Source: an uncultured Holophagales bacterium (GTDB taxonomy: Bacteria; Acidobacteriota; Thermoanaerobaculia; Multivoradales; UBA5704). Taken from it: 64,000 nucleotides of DNA. Positions 11,601-61,600 of this stretch are shown here, one piece after another; the stretch's first letter is position 1, and each line of letters starts with the position of its first letter. Location of the stretch: contig CAWJGT010000019.1 in assembly GCA_963842525.1 (NCBI GenBank), positions 224,001-288,000 of the forward strand, written 5' to 3'. The notes under the pieces are model-generated. The model was not told the DNA's origin and did not search any database. It saw only the letters and a program-made list of their open reading frames with translations. Both the position numbers and the translations under genes were made by a program.

Positions 11601-14600
11601 CCGCCGCTTCCTGGCGCAGCGGCTCCCGGCGGCCATGGTGCCCTCCGGCTTCGTGATGCTCGAGGCCCTCCCCTTGAGCCCCAATGGCAAGGTCGACCGC
11701 CGCGCTCTAGCGCGCCGGGAGCCTCCCACCGACGCGGCGCGGGCCTCGGCCGCCTGCGAGCACGTGCCGCCGCGCACCCCCACCCAGGAGATCCTCGCAG
11801 CGGTCTGGTCGGAGCTCCTCGGGGCCGAGCGCGTCGGCGCCAGCGACAGCTTCTTCGAGCTGGGCGGCCACTCCCTGCTCGGCGTCCAGGTCCTGTCGCG
11901 CCTGCGCACCCTGCTGCGGGTCGAGCTGCCGGTCCGCACCCTGTTCGAGGAGCCGACGCTCGAGGGCTTCGCGGCCCGAGTGGACATGGCGCTCCGAGAA
12001 GGAGCTGCGACCGCGGCGCCTCCGCTCCAGCAGGTCCCACGGGAAGAGCACCAAGGGAGATCACCGCTCTCCTTCGCCCAGGAGCGGCTCTGGTTCCTCG
12101 AGCGGCTGCAGCCGGGCACGGCCTTCTACAACATCCCTTCCGCCACGCGCTTCGCGGGGCCGCTGCGGGTCGACGTCCTGCGCCGCGGCTTCGCGGAGCT
12201 GGTGCGCCGCCACGAGTCGCTGCGCACCACCTTCGGCGAGGAGAGCGGCCGGGCCTTCCAGGCCGTCGCGCCCGCTGGCTCCGCCGAGATGCCGTTGATC
12301 GATCTGGCCTCTCTGCCGCAGGCACCGGACAACCCGCTGCGTGAAGCCGAGCTGCTGCGCTGCGCCACCGGCGAGGCGAGGCGCCCCTTCGACCTCCAGC
12401 GCGGCCCGCTCGTCCGCGCGCCGCTCTTCCGGCTCGCGCCGCAGGACCATGTCCTGGTGGCGACCATGCACCACATCGTCTCCGACGGCTGGTCCATGAC
12501 CGTCCTGATCCGCGAGATGGCGACGCTCTACGAGGCGTTCTGCGACGGTCTTCCGTCGCCCCTGCCCGCGCTGCCCGTCCAGTACGCCGACTACGCCGCC
12601 TGGCAGCGCGGCTGGCTCCAGGGAGAGGTGCTTGCGGCCGAGGTCGCGTGGTGGCGCGAGCGCCTGGCCGGGCTGGAGGTCCTCCAGCTCCCGACCGACC
12701 GCCCGCGCCCGCCGGTCGAGACCTTCCGCGGCCGGCAGCGCACCGCCTGGGTCTCGGCCGAGCTCACCCGCGGCCTCCACGAGCTGAGCCGGCGCGAGGG
12801 GGTCAGCCTTTTCATGACCCTGCTCGCCGCCTTCCAGACGCTGCTCTTCCGCTACAGCGGGCAGACCGACCTGCCGGTGGGCTCGCCCATCGCCAACCGC
12901 AACCGCAGCGAGACCGAAGGGGTTATTGGTTTCTTCGTCAACACCCTGGTGCTGCGCACCGACCTGTCCGGCGAGCCGACGTTCCGCGAGCTGCTGGCAC
13001 GGGTGCGGGAGGTGACCCTGGGGGCCTACGCCCACGAGAGCCTCCCCTTCGAGAAGGTCGTCCTGGAGCTCCAGCCGGAGCGCGACATGAGCCGCAACCC
13101 GCTCTTCCAGGTGATGTGCGTGCTGCAGAACCAGCCGCTCAAGGCGACGCCGCTGCGCGGCCTGGAGATCTCGGGGCTCGGCCTCGATACGGCGACGGCG
13201 AAGTTCGACCTGACCCTGGCCTGGAGCGAGGCGGGGGGCGCCCTCGGCGCGCTGCTGGAGCACAACACCGACCTGTTCGACGACGCCACGGCCTGGCGGA
13301 TGTACGAGCACTGCGTCGCCCTCCTCCGCGCCGGCGTGGAGGATCCGGACCGCCGGGTCGGCGCCCTGCCGCTCCTCGGCGAGGCCGAGCGCCGCCAGCT
13401 CCTCGCCGAGGCGGCAGGGCCAAGCTGGAGTGGGGAGGGCGGATGCGTCCACCACCGGGTGGAGGAGCATGCGGCGCGTACCCCCGAATCCCCGGCCGTG
13501 GAAGACCTCACCTACCGGGATCTCAACGAGCGCGCCAACCGGCTGGCCGGGTGGCTGCGCGCGCACGGGGTCGGTCCCGAGGCGCGGGTCGCGGTGCTGC
13601 TGGAGCGCTCGCCGGAGATCGTGGTGGCCGCGCTGGGCGTGCTCAAGGCGGGAGCGGCGTACGTGCCGCTCGACCCCTCCTATCCGGCGGAGCGTCTGGC
13701 CTTCCTCCTGGCCGACTCGCAGGCGGGCCCCAGGGGGATAGACCGGACGGACCGGCCGGTGGTGGTGACGCTCGAGGGATTGACCCGGCTCCTGCCTGAT
13801 CAGACGGCGCGGATCGTCCGCCTTGACGCCGACGCCGGCGAGCTGGCCCGCTACGGCCCCGGCAACCCGCCGCCGTTCGCCGCACCGGATAACCTGGCCT
13901 ACGTGGTCTACACCTCGGGCTCGACCGGCCAGCCCAAGGGCGCAATGGTCTCTCATGCCAATCTCGCTCACCTGGTCGACTGGCACCGGGAGGCGTTCCA
14001 CCTGACTCCGGCCGACCGCACGACCCAGGTCGCCAACCCGGCCTTTGATGCCGCGGTCTGGGAGGTCTGGTCGTGCCTCGCCTGCGGGGCCTGGATGCGC
14101 ATCCCGGAGGAGGCCGTGCGCGCCGACCCCGCGCGTCTGGTCGCCTGGTTGGCCGCCGCGGAGATCACCGTCAGCTTCCTCCCCACGCCGCTGGCCGAAG
14201 CCGCGCTCGCCGCGGTCATCCCGGAATGGCCGGCGGGGATGCGCCTGCGGGCTCTTCTCACCGGAGGCGACCGCCTGGTCCGCCGGCCGCCTGCAGGGGC
14301 GGCCTTCGAAATGATCAACTGCTACGGGCCCGCCGAGGCGGCGGTGGTCTCCACCTGGGGCCGCCTGGCGCCTGATGCGGCAGGAATACCGTCGATCGGT
14401 CTGCCGCTCCCTCGCGCGCGGGTCCATCTCGTCGACCCCTGGGGGGACCTGGCTCCGGCCGGCGTGCCCGGGGAGATCTGGATCGGCGGACGCGGGCTCG
14501 GGCGCGGCTACGTGGGCCGGCCGGACTGGACCGCCGAGCGTTTCATGCCGGACCCGCTCGGCGGCGGACAGGGCGAGAGGCTCTACCGCACCGGCGACCT

Positions 14601-17600
14601 GGCGCGGCGCCGGCCGGGCGGGGAGATCGAGTTCCTCGGGCGCATCGACCAGCAGGTCAAGGTCCGCGGCGTCCGCATCGAGCTGGGAGAGGTGGAGGCG
14701 GCTCTCCTGGAGCATCCGGAGGTCGGCGGCTGTGCCGTGATCCTGCGGCAGGATCGGCCGGGGGAGCGCGGCCTGGTCGCCTACGTGGTGCCGGCGAGCG
14801 CCTCCCTGGTCTCACCCTCCGACCTCCGCCGCTTCCTGGCAGAGAGGCTGCCGGTCGCCCTGGTGCCCTCGGCCTTCGTGGCGCTCGAAGCCCTGCCGCT
14901 CAACCCGAACGGCAAAGTGGACCGCCGCGCCCTGGCGCGTCTGGAGGCGCCCGCCGGCTCCACGTCCGCCGCCGAGCACGTACCGCCGCGCACCGTCACG
15001 GAAGAGATCGTCGCGGCCATCTGGGCCGACCTCCTGGGGGCCGAGCGCGTGGGTATCGACGACGACTTCTTCGCGCTGGGCGGCCACTCGCTGCTGGGGA
15101 TCCAGGTCCTGTCGCGCCTGCGCACCGCCTTCGGCGTGGAGCTGCCGGTGCGCGCGCTCTTCGAGGAGCCGGTGCTCGAGGGCTTCTCGGCTCATATCGA
15201 CGCGACGTTGCGCGACAGCGCCGCCGTTGCGGCGCCACCCCTCGAAAGGACGCCGCGCACGGGGCGGCTGCCGCTCTCCTTCGCCCAGGAGCGGCTCTGG
15301 TTCCTCGAGCAGCTCGAGCCGGGCACGGCCTTCTACAACATTCCCTCCGTCACCCGCTTCCGCGGGCCGCTGCGGGTCGACGTCCTGCGCCGCGGCTTCG
15401 CGGAGATCATGCGCCGCCACGAGTCGCTGCGCACCACCTTCGGCGAGGAGCACGGCCAGGCCTTCCAGGTCATCGTGTCCGAGGTCCCGTCGGAGATGCC
15501 GGTGATCGATCTGGCGGCGCTTCCCGGCACGGCGCGCCTGTCGCGCCTGTCGCAGGATACCGAGCTGCTGCGCCTCGCCACCGGCGAGGTCCGGAGCCCG
15601 TTCGATCTGCAGCGCGGCCGGCTCGTCCGTGCGCTGCTCATCCGCGTGGCGCCGCAGGACCACGTCCTGGTCGCGACCATGCACCACATCATCTCCGATG
15701 GCTGGTCGATGACCGTCCTGATCCGCGAGATGGGCACGCTCTACGAGGCCTTCTCCGGCGAGCGCCCGTCCCCCCTGCCCGAGCTGCCCGTCCAGTACGC
15801 CGACTATGCCGCCTGGCAGCGCGGCTGTCTCCAGGGGGAGGTGCTCGCGGCCGAGGTCGAGTGGTGGCGGGCGCGTCTGACCGGGGTGACAGCGCTCCAG
15901 CTCCCGACCGACCGGCCGCGTCCGCCGGTCGAGACCTTCCGCGGCCGGCAGCGCTCCGTCCGGCTCCCGGCCGAGCTCGCCGGAGCTCTCCACGCGCTGA
16001 GCCGCGGCGAAGGGGTGAGCCTCTTCATGACCCTGCTCGCCGCCTTCCAGACGACGCTCTTCCGCTACAGCGGCCAGACCGATCTGGCGGTGGGCTCGCC
16101 GATCGCCAACCGCAACCGCAGCGAGACCGAAGGGGTCATCGGCTTCTTCGCCAACACCCTGGTGCTACGCACCAACCTGTCCGGCGATCCGACCTTTCGC
16201 GAGGTGCTGGCGCGGGTGCGTGAGGTGACTCTCGGCGCCTACGCCCACGAAAACCTCCCCTTCGAAAAGGTTGTGATGGAGCTCCAGCCGGAGCGCGACA
16301 TGAGCCGCAATCCGCTGTTCCAGGTGATGTGCGTCCTCCAGAACCAGCCGTGGAAGGCGGCGCCGTTGCGCGACCTGGAGATCTCGGGGCTCAGCCTCGA
16401 CACGGCGACGGCGAAGTTCGACCTGACCTTGTTCTGGCAGGAGGTGGGAGGCACCCTCGGCGGACTGCTGGAGCACAACACCGACCTGTTCGACGACGCC
16501 ACGGCGTGGCGGATGTACGAGCACTGCGTGGCCATCCTGCGCGCCGGCGCGCAGGACCCGGACCAGCGGGTCGGCGCTCTGCCGCTGCTCGCCGAGGCCG
16601 AGCGGCACCAGCTCCTGCGCGAGTGGAGCGGGCCGGCCAGCGCGCCAGACTGGGTGGGCCGCTGCATCCATCACCAGGTCGAGGAGCAGGTGGCGCGTAC
16701 GCCCGGGGCCACAGCCGTGATCGACGGCGAGCGGTCGCTGACCTACGCCGAGCTCAACGCCCGGGCCAACCGCTTGGCCCATGGCCTGCGCCGGCGCGGG
16801 GTGGGGCCGGAGTCGTTGGTGGGCATCTGCGTCGAGCGCTCCCTGGAGATGGTGGTGGCAGGCCTGGCGGTGGCCAAAGCGGGCGGCGCGCTGGTCGCGC
16901 TAGACCCGGCCTATCCGCGCGAGCGGCTGGCCACGATCATCGACGACGCGGGCCTGACTGTGCTGTTGACCCAGGAGGCGCTGCTGGAGAGCTTCCCGCA
17001 GCATGCGCACACTGCACTCCTGTATGAGCGGGGGGCCGACCTGTTCCCGGAGGAGAACACGGCCGATCCAGACAGCGGCGTCGATCTGGACAACCCGATC
17101 TATGCCATCTACACGTCGGGCTCGACGGGCCAGCCGAAGGGGATCGTGGTCACCCACCGGGCTTTCTCCAGCCTGCTCGCCTGGCAACTCAACGCGCCAG
17201 GGCTGCGTCCGGGGACGCGGACGGTGGCGTTGTCGACCTTCGGCTTCTGCGTCAGCTTCCAGGAGATGTTCTCCTCCTGGTGCTCGGGCGGCATGCTGGT
17301 GGTGGCCGACGAGATGACACGGCGCGACATCATCGGGCTGGGCGCCTTCCTGGAGGAATACGGCATCGAGCGGTTGCACCTGCCGTTCGCCGCCCTCAAG
17401 CACCTGGCCGAAGCCTTCTCTGGTCAGAACCGACTGCCGTCGCGTCTGACGGAGGTGATCACGGCGGGCGAACAGCTCCAGGTCACGCCGGCGGTCCGGT
17501 CGCTGTTCGAGCGGCTGCCCGGGTGCGCGCTGTCGAACCAGTATGGGGCGTCGGAGACGCACGTGATCAGCGCTCTGACGCTGGCGGGCGCGCCCGCGGA

Positions 17601-18505
17601 GTGGCCGGCGATCCCGCCGGTGGGGCGGCCGGTGGCGCGGGTGCGCATCCACCTGCTCGATCCGGGCCTCCAGCCGGTGCCGGTGTGTGTGGCCGGTGAT
17701 CTCTATGCGGGCGGCGTCTGCCCACCTCGGTGCTATCTGAACGATCCGGTGCTGACGGCGCAGAAGCTGGTGCCCGATCCGTACGGCCTGGAGCCGGGCT
17801 CGCGCCTCTATCGCACCGGCGACGCGGCGCGCCATCTGGCCGACGGCAGCATCGAGTACCACGGCCGGATCGACACCCAGGTGAAGATCCGTGGCTTCCG
17901 GATCGAGCTCGGCGAGGTCGAGACCGTTCTGGCCCGCCAGCCGCGGGTGCGTGATGCTGCCGTGGTGGCAAAGCCGGGCGGTGCGGACGGGCACCGGCTC
18001 GTCGCCTACGTGGTGCCGCAGACGGAGCCGGCGAATTTCGACGAAATCCGGACCTACCTCAAGCAGACGTTGCCCGAGTTCATGGTGCCGTCGGCGTTCG
18101 TCGAGATGCGGGAGCTGCCGCTGAACGCCAACGGCAAGCTCGACCAGGCGGCGCTGCCCGAGCCGGACCCTCAGTTCCTGACGCGGGTCTACGTGGCCCC
18201 GCGCACCCCGGTCGAGGAGACGCTGGCCGGCCTCTACGCGAGCCTGTTGAAGGTCGAGAAGGTGGGGATCTACGACAACTTCTTCGAGCTGGGGGGGCAC
18301 TCCCTGCTCGGCACGCGCCTGATGGCCCAGGTGCGCGAGGTCTTCGGCGTCGAGATCAAGGTGCGGACGCTCTTCGAGGCGCCCACTGTCGCCGATCTGG
18401 CCGTGGCGGTCGCGCGGAAGCTCATGGACGACACCGACGACGAGGCCCTGGCGGCGGTATTCGCCGAGATCGAGCGGGAAGAGATTCTCGCGAGGAGCGA
18501 GGGCC

Positions 18506-18513
<8 letters not shown>
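8654..18513 (+). CDS. Trimodular NRPS C-A-T-C-A-T-C-A-T (about 3290 aa), interrupted by two apparent frameshifts (~10120, ~11372)
   Basis: Homology passes from ORF 8654..11491 (C domain, up to VTELS) to ORF 10248..12344 (A domain, up to RRRPG) to ORF 11245..18513 (from [13 protein letters not shown] on). A codes DPWYFGCVIK, DAWFLGCVVK and CVQHIAQVIK. ATGA overlap with the upstream gene. Confidence 0.9.
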
Positions 18514-55691
<37,178 letters not shown>

Positions 55692-55695
<4 letters not shown>

Positions 55696-58600
55696 CCACG
55701 GCGTTCGATCTGTCCGACAAGAAGCGCCTGCTCCTCTCGAAGCTCCTGCAGAAGCGGGGGCTCGCCACGGAGGAGACGCCGCAGCAGCGCATCCCCCGCC
55801 GAGTGGCGCTGGAGCCGGCGCCGCTCTCCTTCGGACAGCAACGGCTCTGGTTCCTGCACCAGCTCGACCCGCAGAGCACGGTCTACAACATCGTCGAGGC
55901 CGTGCGTCTGGTCGGTCCTCTGGACACGCCGTCGTTCGAGCGCGCCCTGGTCGAGGTCGTCCGCCGCCACGAGGCCCTGCGCACGGTGTTCCTCGCCGTC
56001 GACGGCCAGCCCGTGCAGGCCGTGGCGGAGCGTATGGACCTGCCGTTGCCGCGGATCGACCTCGCGGCGCTGCCGGAGAGGACCCGCGCAGGCGAGGCCG
56101 CCCGCCTCGCCGCCGCGCTCTCCCGCCGCACCTTCGACCTCGCGCGCGGGCCGCTCCTCGGGGCGGCGCTGCTGCGGCTGGAGGCCGCCGAGCACGTGCT
56201 CGTGCTCGTGATGCACCACATCGCCTCCGATGGCTGGTCGATGGGCGTCCTGGTGCGCGAGCTGACCGCCCTCTACGGCGCCTTCTCCGCCGGCCGGCGG
56301 TCGCCCCTGCCCGAGCTGCCGATCCAATACCCGGACTTCGCCGTGTGGCAGCGCGATTGGCTACAGGGCGAGGCCCTGGAGTCGCAGCTCCGCTTCTGGA
56401 GGGAGCGCCTGGCCGGAGCGCCTGCACATCTCGATCTGCCGACCGACCGGCCGCGACCGATCGTCCAGAGCTTCCGCGGCGCCCGCCAGGGGCTGGTCGT
56501 GGACCGGGTCGCCGCCGCGGCGCTGCGCAGCCTCTCCCAGGCCTGCGGAGCGACGCTGTTCATGACCCTGACGGCGGCGCTGGGGGCCCTGCTCCATCGC
56601 TACACCGGCCAGGACGATGTCCTGCTCGGGACGCCGATCGCAGGCCGCCATCGTCCCGAGACCGAGGCCCTGGTCGGGTTCTTCGTCAACACCCTGGTGC
56701 TGCGCGTCGAGCTGGCGGCCGATCCCGGCTTCCCCGAGCTCCTGGAGCGGGTCCGCGAGACGGCCCTGCAGGTCGATGCGCACCAGGACCTCCCCTTCGA
56801 GAAGCTGGTCGAGTCGCTGGATCTGCCGCGGGACCTGTCGCGGACTCCGCTCTTCCAGGTGCTGCTCGTCTACCAGAACCTGCCCCAGGTCGCCGAGCGG
56901 CCGCAGGACCTCGCCGTACGCCCCTTCGGGGTGGAGGTGCGGACGGCGCAGTTCGAGCTGAGCGTCGCGCTCACCGAACGGGAGCAGGGGATCTTCGGCA
57001 ACATCGACTACCGGACCGACCTCTTCGACCCGTCGACCGTCCGGCGGCTTGCCCGCCACTTCGAGGCCCTGCTGCGCGGGGTCGCACAGCACCCCGATCG
57101 CGCGGTCTCCGAGCTGCCGTTGCTCAGCGACGCCGAGCTTCAGCAGGTGGTGCGCGAGCTGAACGGCGCCGCCGACGCTGGCAACGGACAGTGGCTCTGC
57201 CATCAGCTCTTCGAGGCGCAGGCGGAACGGACGCCGGAGGCGCCGGCCGTCGTCTCCGACAGCGGGAGCCTGACCTACCGCGAGCTCGAGCAACGGGCCG
57301 ACGCCCTGGCCTGCCGCCTCCGGCGGCTCGGCATCGGACCCGAGTCGCGCGTCGGCCTCTGTTGCGAGCGTTCCTCCGACGCCCTGGCGGCCATGCTCGG
57401 CGTCCTCAAGGCAGGCGGCGCCTACGTGCCCCTCGATCCCGAGTCGCCGCGCGAGCGCCTGGCCGCCATCGTGGCCGATGCCGGCGTGGACCTGCTGCTG
57501 ACCCAGGAACGCCTCGCGCCCTCCCTCGCCGGGCTCGCACCGCGGGTCCTGGCGATCGATGCCGATCTGTCCGATCCGTCCGATCTGTCGGATGTTCAGG
57601 TCTCTCCCGACAACGCCGCCTACGTGATCTACACTTCGGGCTCGACCGGGGTGCCGAAGGGGGTCGTGACGCCCCATCGCGCCGTCGTGAGCTTCGTCCA
57701 GGGCCTGTCCGCGGCGGTGGGCCTGGGGCCGGGCGACCGCCTGCTGCTGTTCGCGCCGCTGTCGTTCGACGCCTCGGTGCTCCAGATCTTTCCGGCGCTG
57801 GCGAGCGGAGCGGCGGTGGTGGTGCACCGCAACCCGCGGGAGCTGGCCAACCACGAGATCCTGGGCTTCTGCGAGCGCCATGGCGTCACGGTGCTGGACC
57901 TGCCGGCCGCCCTGCTGCGCCAGTGGGTGGAGGACGTGGCAGCGCGGCGGCTGCCGCTGCCCGGCTGCCTGCGAGCGTTTCTGACCGGCGGCGAGAGCGT
58001 GCCGGTGGAGCGATTGAAGACCTGGGCGGGGCTGACCGACCGCCGGCTCGATTTTTTCTCCTCCTACGGCCCCACCGAGGCGACGGTCACCGCGACCGTC
58101 TTCCAGACCGCCAACGACCGGGTGGAGGACCTCGCGGGAGCCAACCTGCCGATCGGCCGCCCGCTCCCCGCCGCGCGGGCCTATGTGCTCGACCGTAGGA
58201 CGCGGCCGGTGCCGTTCGGCGTGCCCGGCGAGCTGTTCCTGGGCGGCGCGGGCCTCGCGCGCGGCTACCTCGGCCGCCCCGGTCCGACCGCCGCCTCCTT
58301 CGTGCCCGATTCCCTCGCGGAGGACAACGAGAACGGTGGAGCCGGAGGGCGCCTCTACCGGACCGGCGACCTCGCGCGCTGGCTGCCCAGCGGGCAGCTC
58401 GAATTCCTGGGTCGCACCGACCACCAGGTCAAGATCCGCGGCTTCCGCCTGGAGCCCGCCGAGGTGGAGTCGGCGCTCCTCCTGCATCCAGCCCTGCGCG
58501 AGGCCGCGGTCCTGCTGCGTGAAGACCGCCCCGGCGACAAGCGGCTGGCCGCCTACGTCGTGGCTCATGCCGCCCCGCCCACCGCCGGCGAGCTGCGGGA

Positions 58601-61600
58601 CTTCCTCGCCGCCCGGCTGCCGCAGTACATGGTACCGGCGGCGTTCGTCTCCCTGCCCGCGCTGCCGGTGCTCGCCAGCGGCAAGGTGGACCGCGCGGCG
58701 CTCCCAGTGCCGGAGATGGAGCTGTCCGATCTCGCGGGGGACTACGCGGCGCCGCGCACCCCCGGCGAAGAGCTGCTCGCCGGCATCTGGAGCCAGATCC
58801 TCGGCCTCGAGCGGGTCGGTGCTCACGACGACTTCTTCGCGGTGGGCGGGCACTCCCTGCTGGCGACCCAGGTGGCGTCCCGGGTGCGCGACGCCTTCGG
58901 GGTGGAGCTGCCGCTGCGCGTCCTGTTCGAAAGCCCGACGCTGGCCGGCCTCGCAGCGCAGGTCGAGGAGGCGCAGCGCGCCGGCGCCGGGGTGCAGGCG
59001 CCGCCGATCGTGCCGGTGCCGCGCGATGCCCCCGGGGTGGAGCTGCCGCTCTCCTTCGCGCAGCAGCGGCTCTGGTTCCTGCACCAGCTCGACCCGGAGA
59101 GCCCCGTCTACAACCAGCCGGCCACCTTCCGCCTGCGGGGACCCTTCAGCGTGCCGGCGCTCTCGCGCGCTCTCACGGAGATCGTGCGGCGGCACGAGAC
59201 GCTGCGCACCACCTTTGCCGCTCCCGACGGCCGGCCGGTGCAGTCGATCGCGCCGCCCGCGCCGCAGCTCGTGCCGGTCGTGGACCTGCGAAGCCTCCCG
59301 GATGGGGTGCGCGAGCGGACCGCCCTGCGGCTCGCCGCCGAGGAGGCGGCACGCCCCTTCGACCTCTCCCGGCTGCCGGTCGTGCGTGCGCGGCTCCTGC
59401 GGCTGGGTGACGAGGACCAGGCGCTGCTCTTCACCCTGCATCACATCAGCAGCGACGGCTGGTCCATGGACGTGCTGCGGCGCGAGGTCGTGGAGCTGTA
59501 CGAGGCGTATGCGACGGGGCGCGAGCCGCGGCTGCCCGAGCTGCCGGTCCAGTACGCCGACTTCGCCCGGTGGCAGCGCGACTGGCTCCAGGGTGAGGTG
59601 CTCGACACCCAGCTCCGGTACTGGCGCGACCATCTCGTCGGCGCTCCCGCGGTGCTGGAGCTGCCCGTCGATCGCCCCCGCCCGCCGGCGCAGACCTACC
59701 GCGGCGGCAGGAGGTCGCGGGTGCTGCCCGCCGGCCTCGCCCGCTCGCTCGTGGAGCTCGGCCGGCGCGAGATGGCCACGCCGTTCATGACCCTGCTCGC
59801 GGCCTTCCAGGTGTTGCTCCACCGCTACACGGGACAGGACGCGATCGTCGTGGGGACTCCGATCGCCAACCGCAACCGCTCCGAGGTCGAGGGGCTGATC
59901 GGCTTTTTCGTCAATACCCTGGCGTTGCGCGCCGACCTGGGGGACGACCCCGGCTTCCGCACTCTGCTGCATCGGGTCCGCGAGGCCTCTCTCGGCGGCT
60001 ACGCCCACCAGGACCTGCCGTTCGAGAAGCTGGTCGACGAGCTGCAGCCGCAGCGCGACATGAGCCGCTCGCCGATCTTCCAGGTCCTGTTCGTCCACCA
60101 GGCCGCGCCGCCGTCGTCGGCGCCGATGTCCGGCGTGCCGCTCGAGCCGTTCGGCGCCGACACCGGCGTCGCTCGCTACGACCTGACCCTGGCCTGCGTG
60201 GAGCAGCGCGCCGGCATGCTCTGCGACATCGACTTCAACGTGGATCTGTTCGATCCCGAGAGTGCGGACCGCATGGCCCGGCTCTTCGTCCATCTGCTGG
60301 CGGGGATCGCCGCCGATCCGGACGCGGCGGTGTCCGATCTGCCGCTGCTCGACGAGGCCGAGCGCGCCGAGGTGGTCCATCGCTGGAACGAGACCCGGCG
60401 CGAGCTGAGCGGAGACCTCCTGCTGCACCGGTTGTTCGAGGCGCAGGCCGAGCGGGCGCCCGCGGCCCTGGCCGTGGTCGCCGAGGGCGAGAGCCTCACC
60501 TACCGCGAGCTGGAGCAGCGGGCGAGCCGCCTCGCCCGCCACCTCCGGCGGCTGGGCGTCGGGCCCGAGTCGCGCGTCGGGATCTGCTGCGAAAGGTCGC
60601 CCGACGCGCTCGCCGCGATGCTCGGCGTGCTCAAGACGGGTGGGGCCTATGTGCCGCTCGACCCCGAATCCCCCGGCGAGCGCCTGGCCGCGATCGCGGC
60701 CGATGCCGGCCTCGACCTGGTGCTCACCCAGGACCGTCTGGCTGCCTCGCTCCAGGGCCTGCCGGCGCGGATGCTGCGGGTCGACGCCGATCGGGCCGAT
60801 CTGTCGGATGAGACCGAGCAGTTGGATGTTCAGATCTCTCCCGACAATGCCGCCTACGTGATCTACACCTCCGGCTCGACCGGGACGCCCAAAGGGGTCG
60901 TGGCACCCCACCGCGGAGTCGTCAACTTCGTCCATGGCCTGGCCGGGGAGGTCGGGCTCGGGCCGGGCGACCGCCTGCTGGTCTTCGCACCGCTCTCCTT
61001 CGACGCCTCGGTGCTCCAGATCTTCCCCACCCTGGCGAGCGGCGCCACGGTCGTGCTGCACCGCAACCCGCGCGAGCTGGCGAGCCACGAGATCCTGGAT
61101 TTCTGTGCCCGTTTCGGCGTCACGGTACTCGACCTGCCGGCCGCCCTGCTGCGCCAGTGGGTCGAGGACGTGGCCGCCCTCCGGCTGCCGCTGCCGCCGT
61201 GCCTGCGCGCCTTCCTGACCGGCGGCGAGAGCGTTCCCGTGGCGCGGCTCAGAACCTGGGCCGGGCTCGCCGGCCGGCCGCTCTCGTTTCTCTCGTCCTA
61301 TGGCCCGACCGAGGCTTCGGTCACCTCCACGGTCTTCGTGACCGGCAACGATCCCCGGCAGGCGCCGGACGGGATGAACCTGCCGATCGGCCGGCCCCTG
61401 CCCAACACCCGCGCCTATGTGCTCGACCGGCGGCTGCGGCCGGTACCGCGCGGCGTGCCGGGCGAGTTGTTCATCGCCGGCGCCGGCCTCACCCGCGGCT
61501 ACCTCGGCCGGCCCGACGCGACGGCCGAGGTCTTCCTGCCCGACTCTCTGGCTGCAGAGATCGGCGAGCCGGGAGGCCGCCTCTACCGCACCGGCGACCT

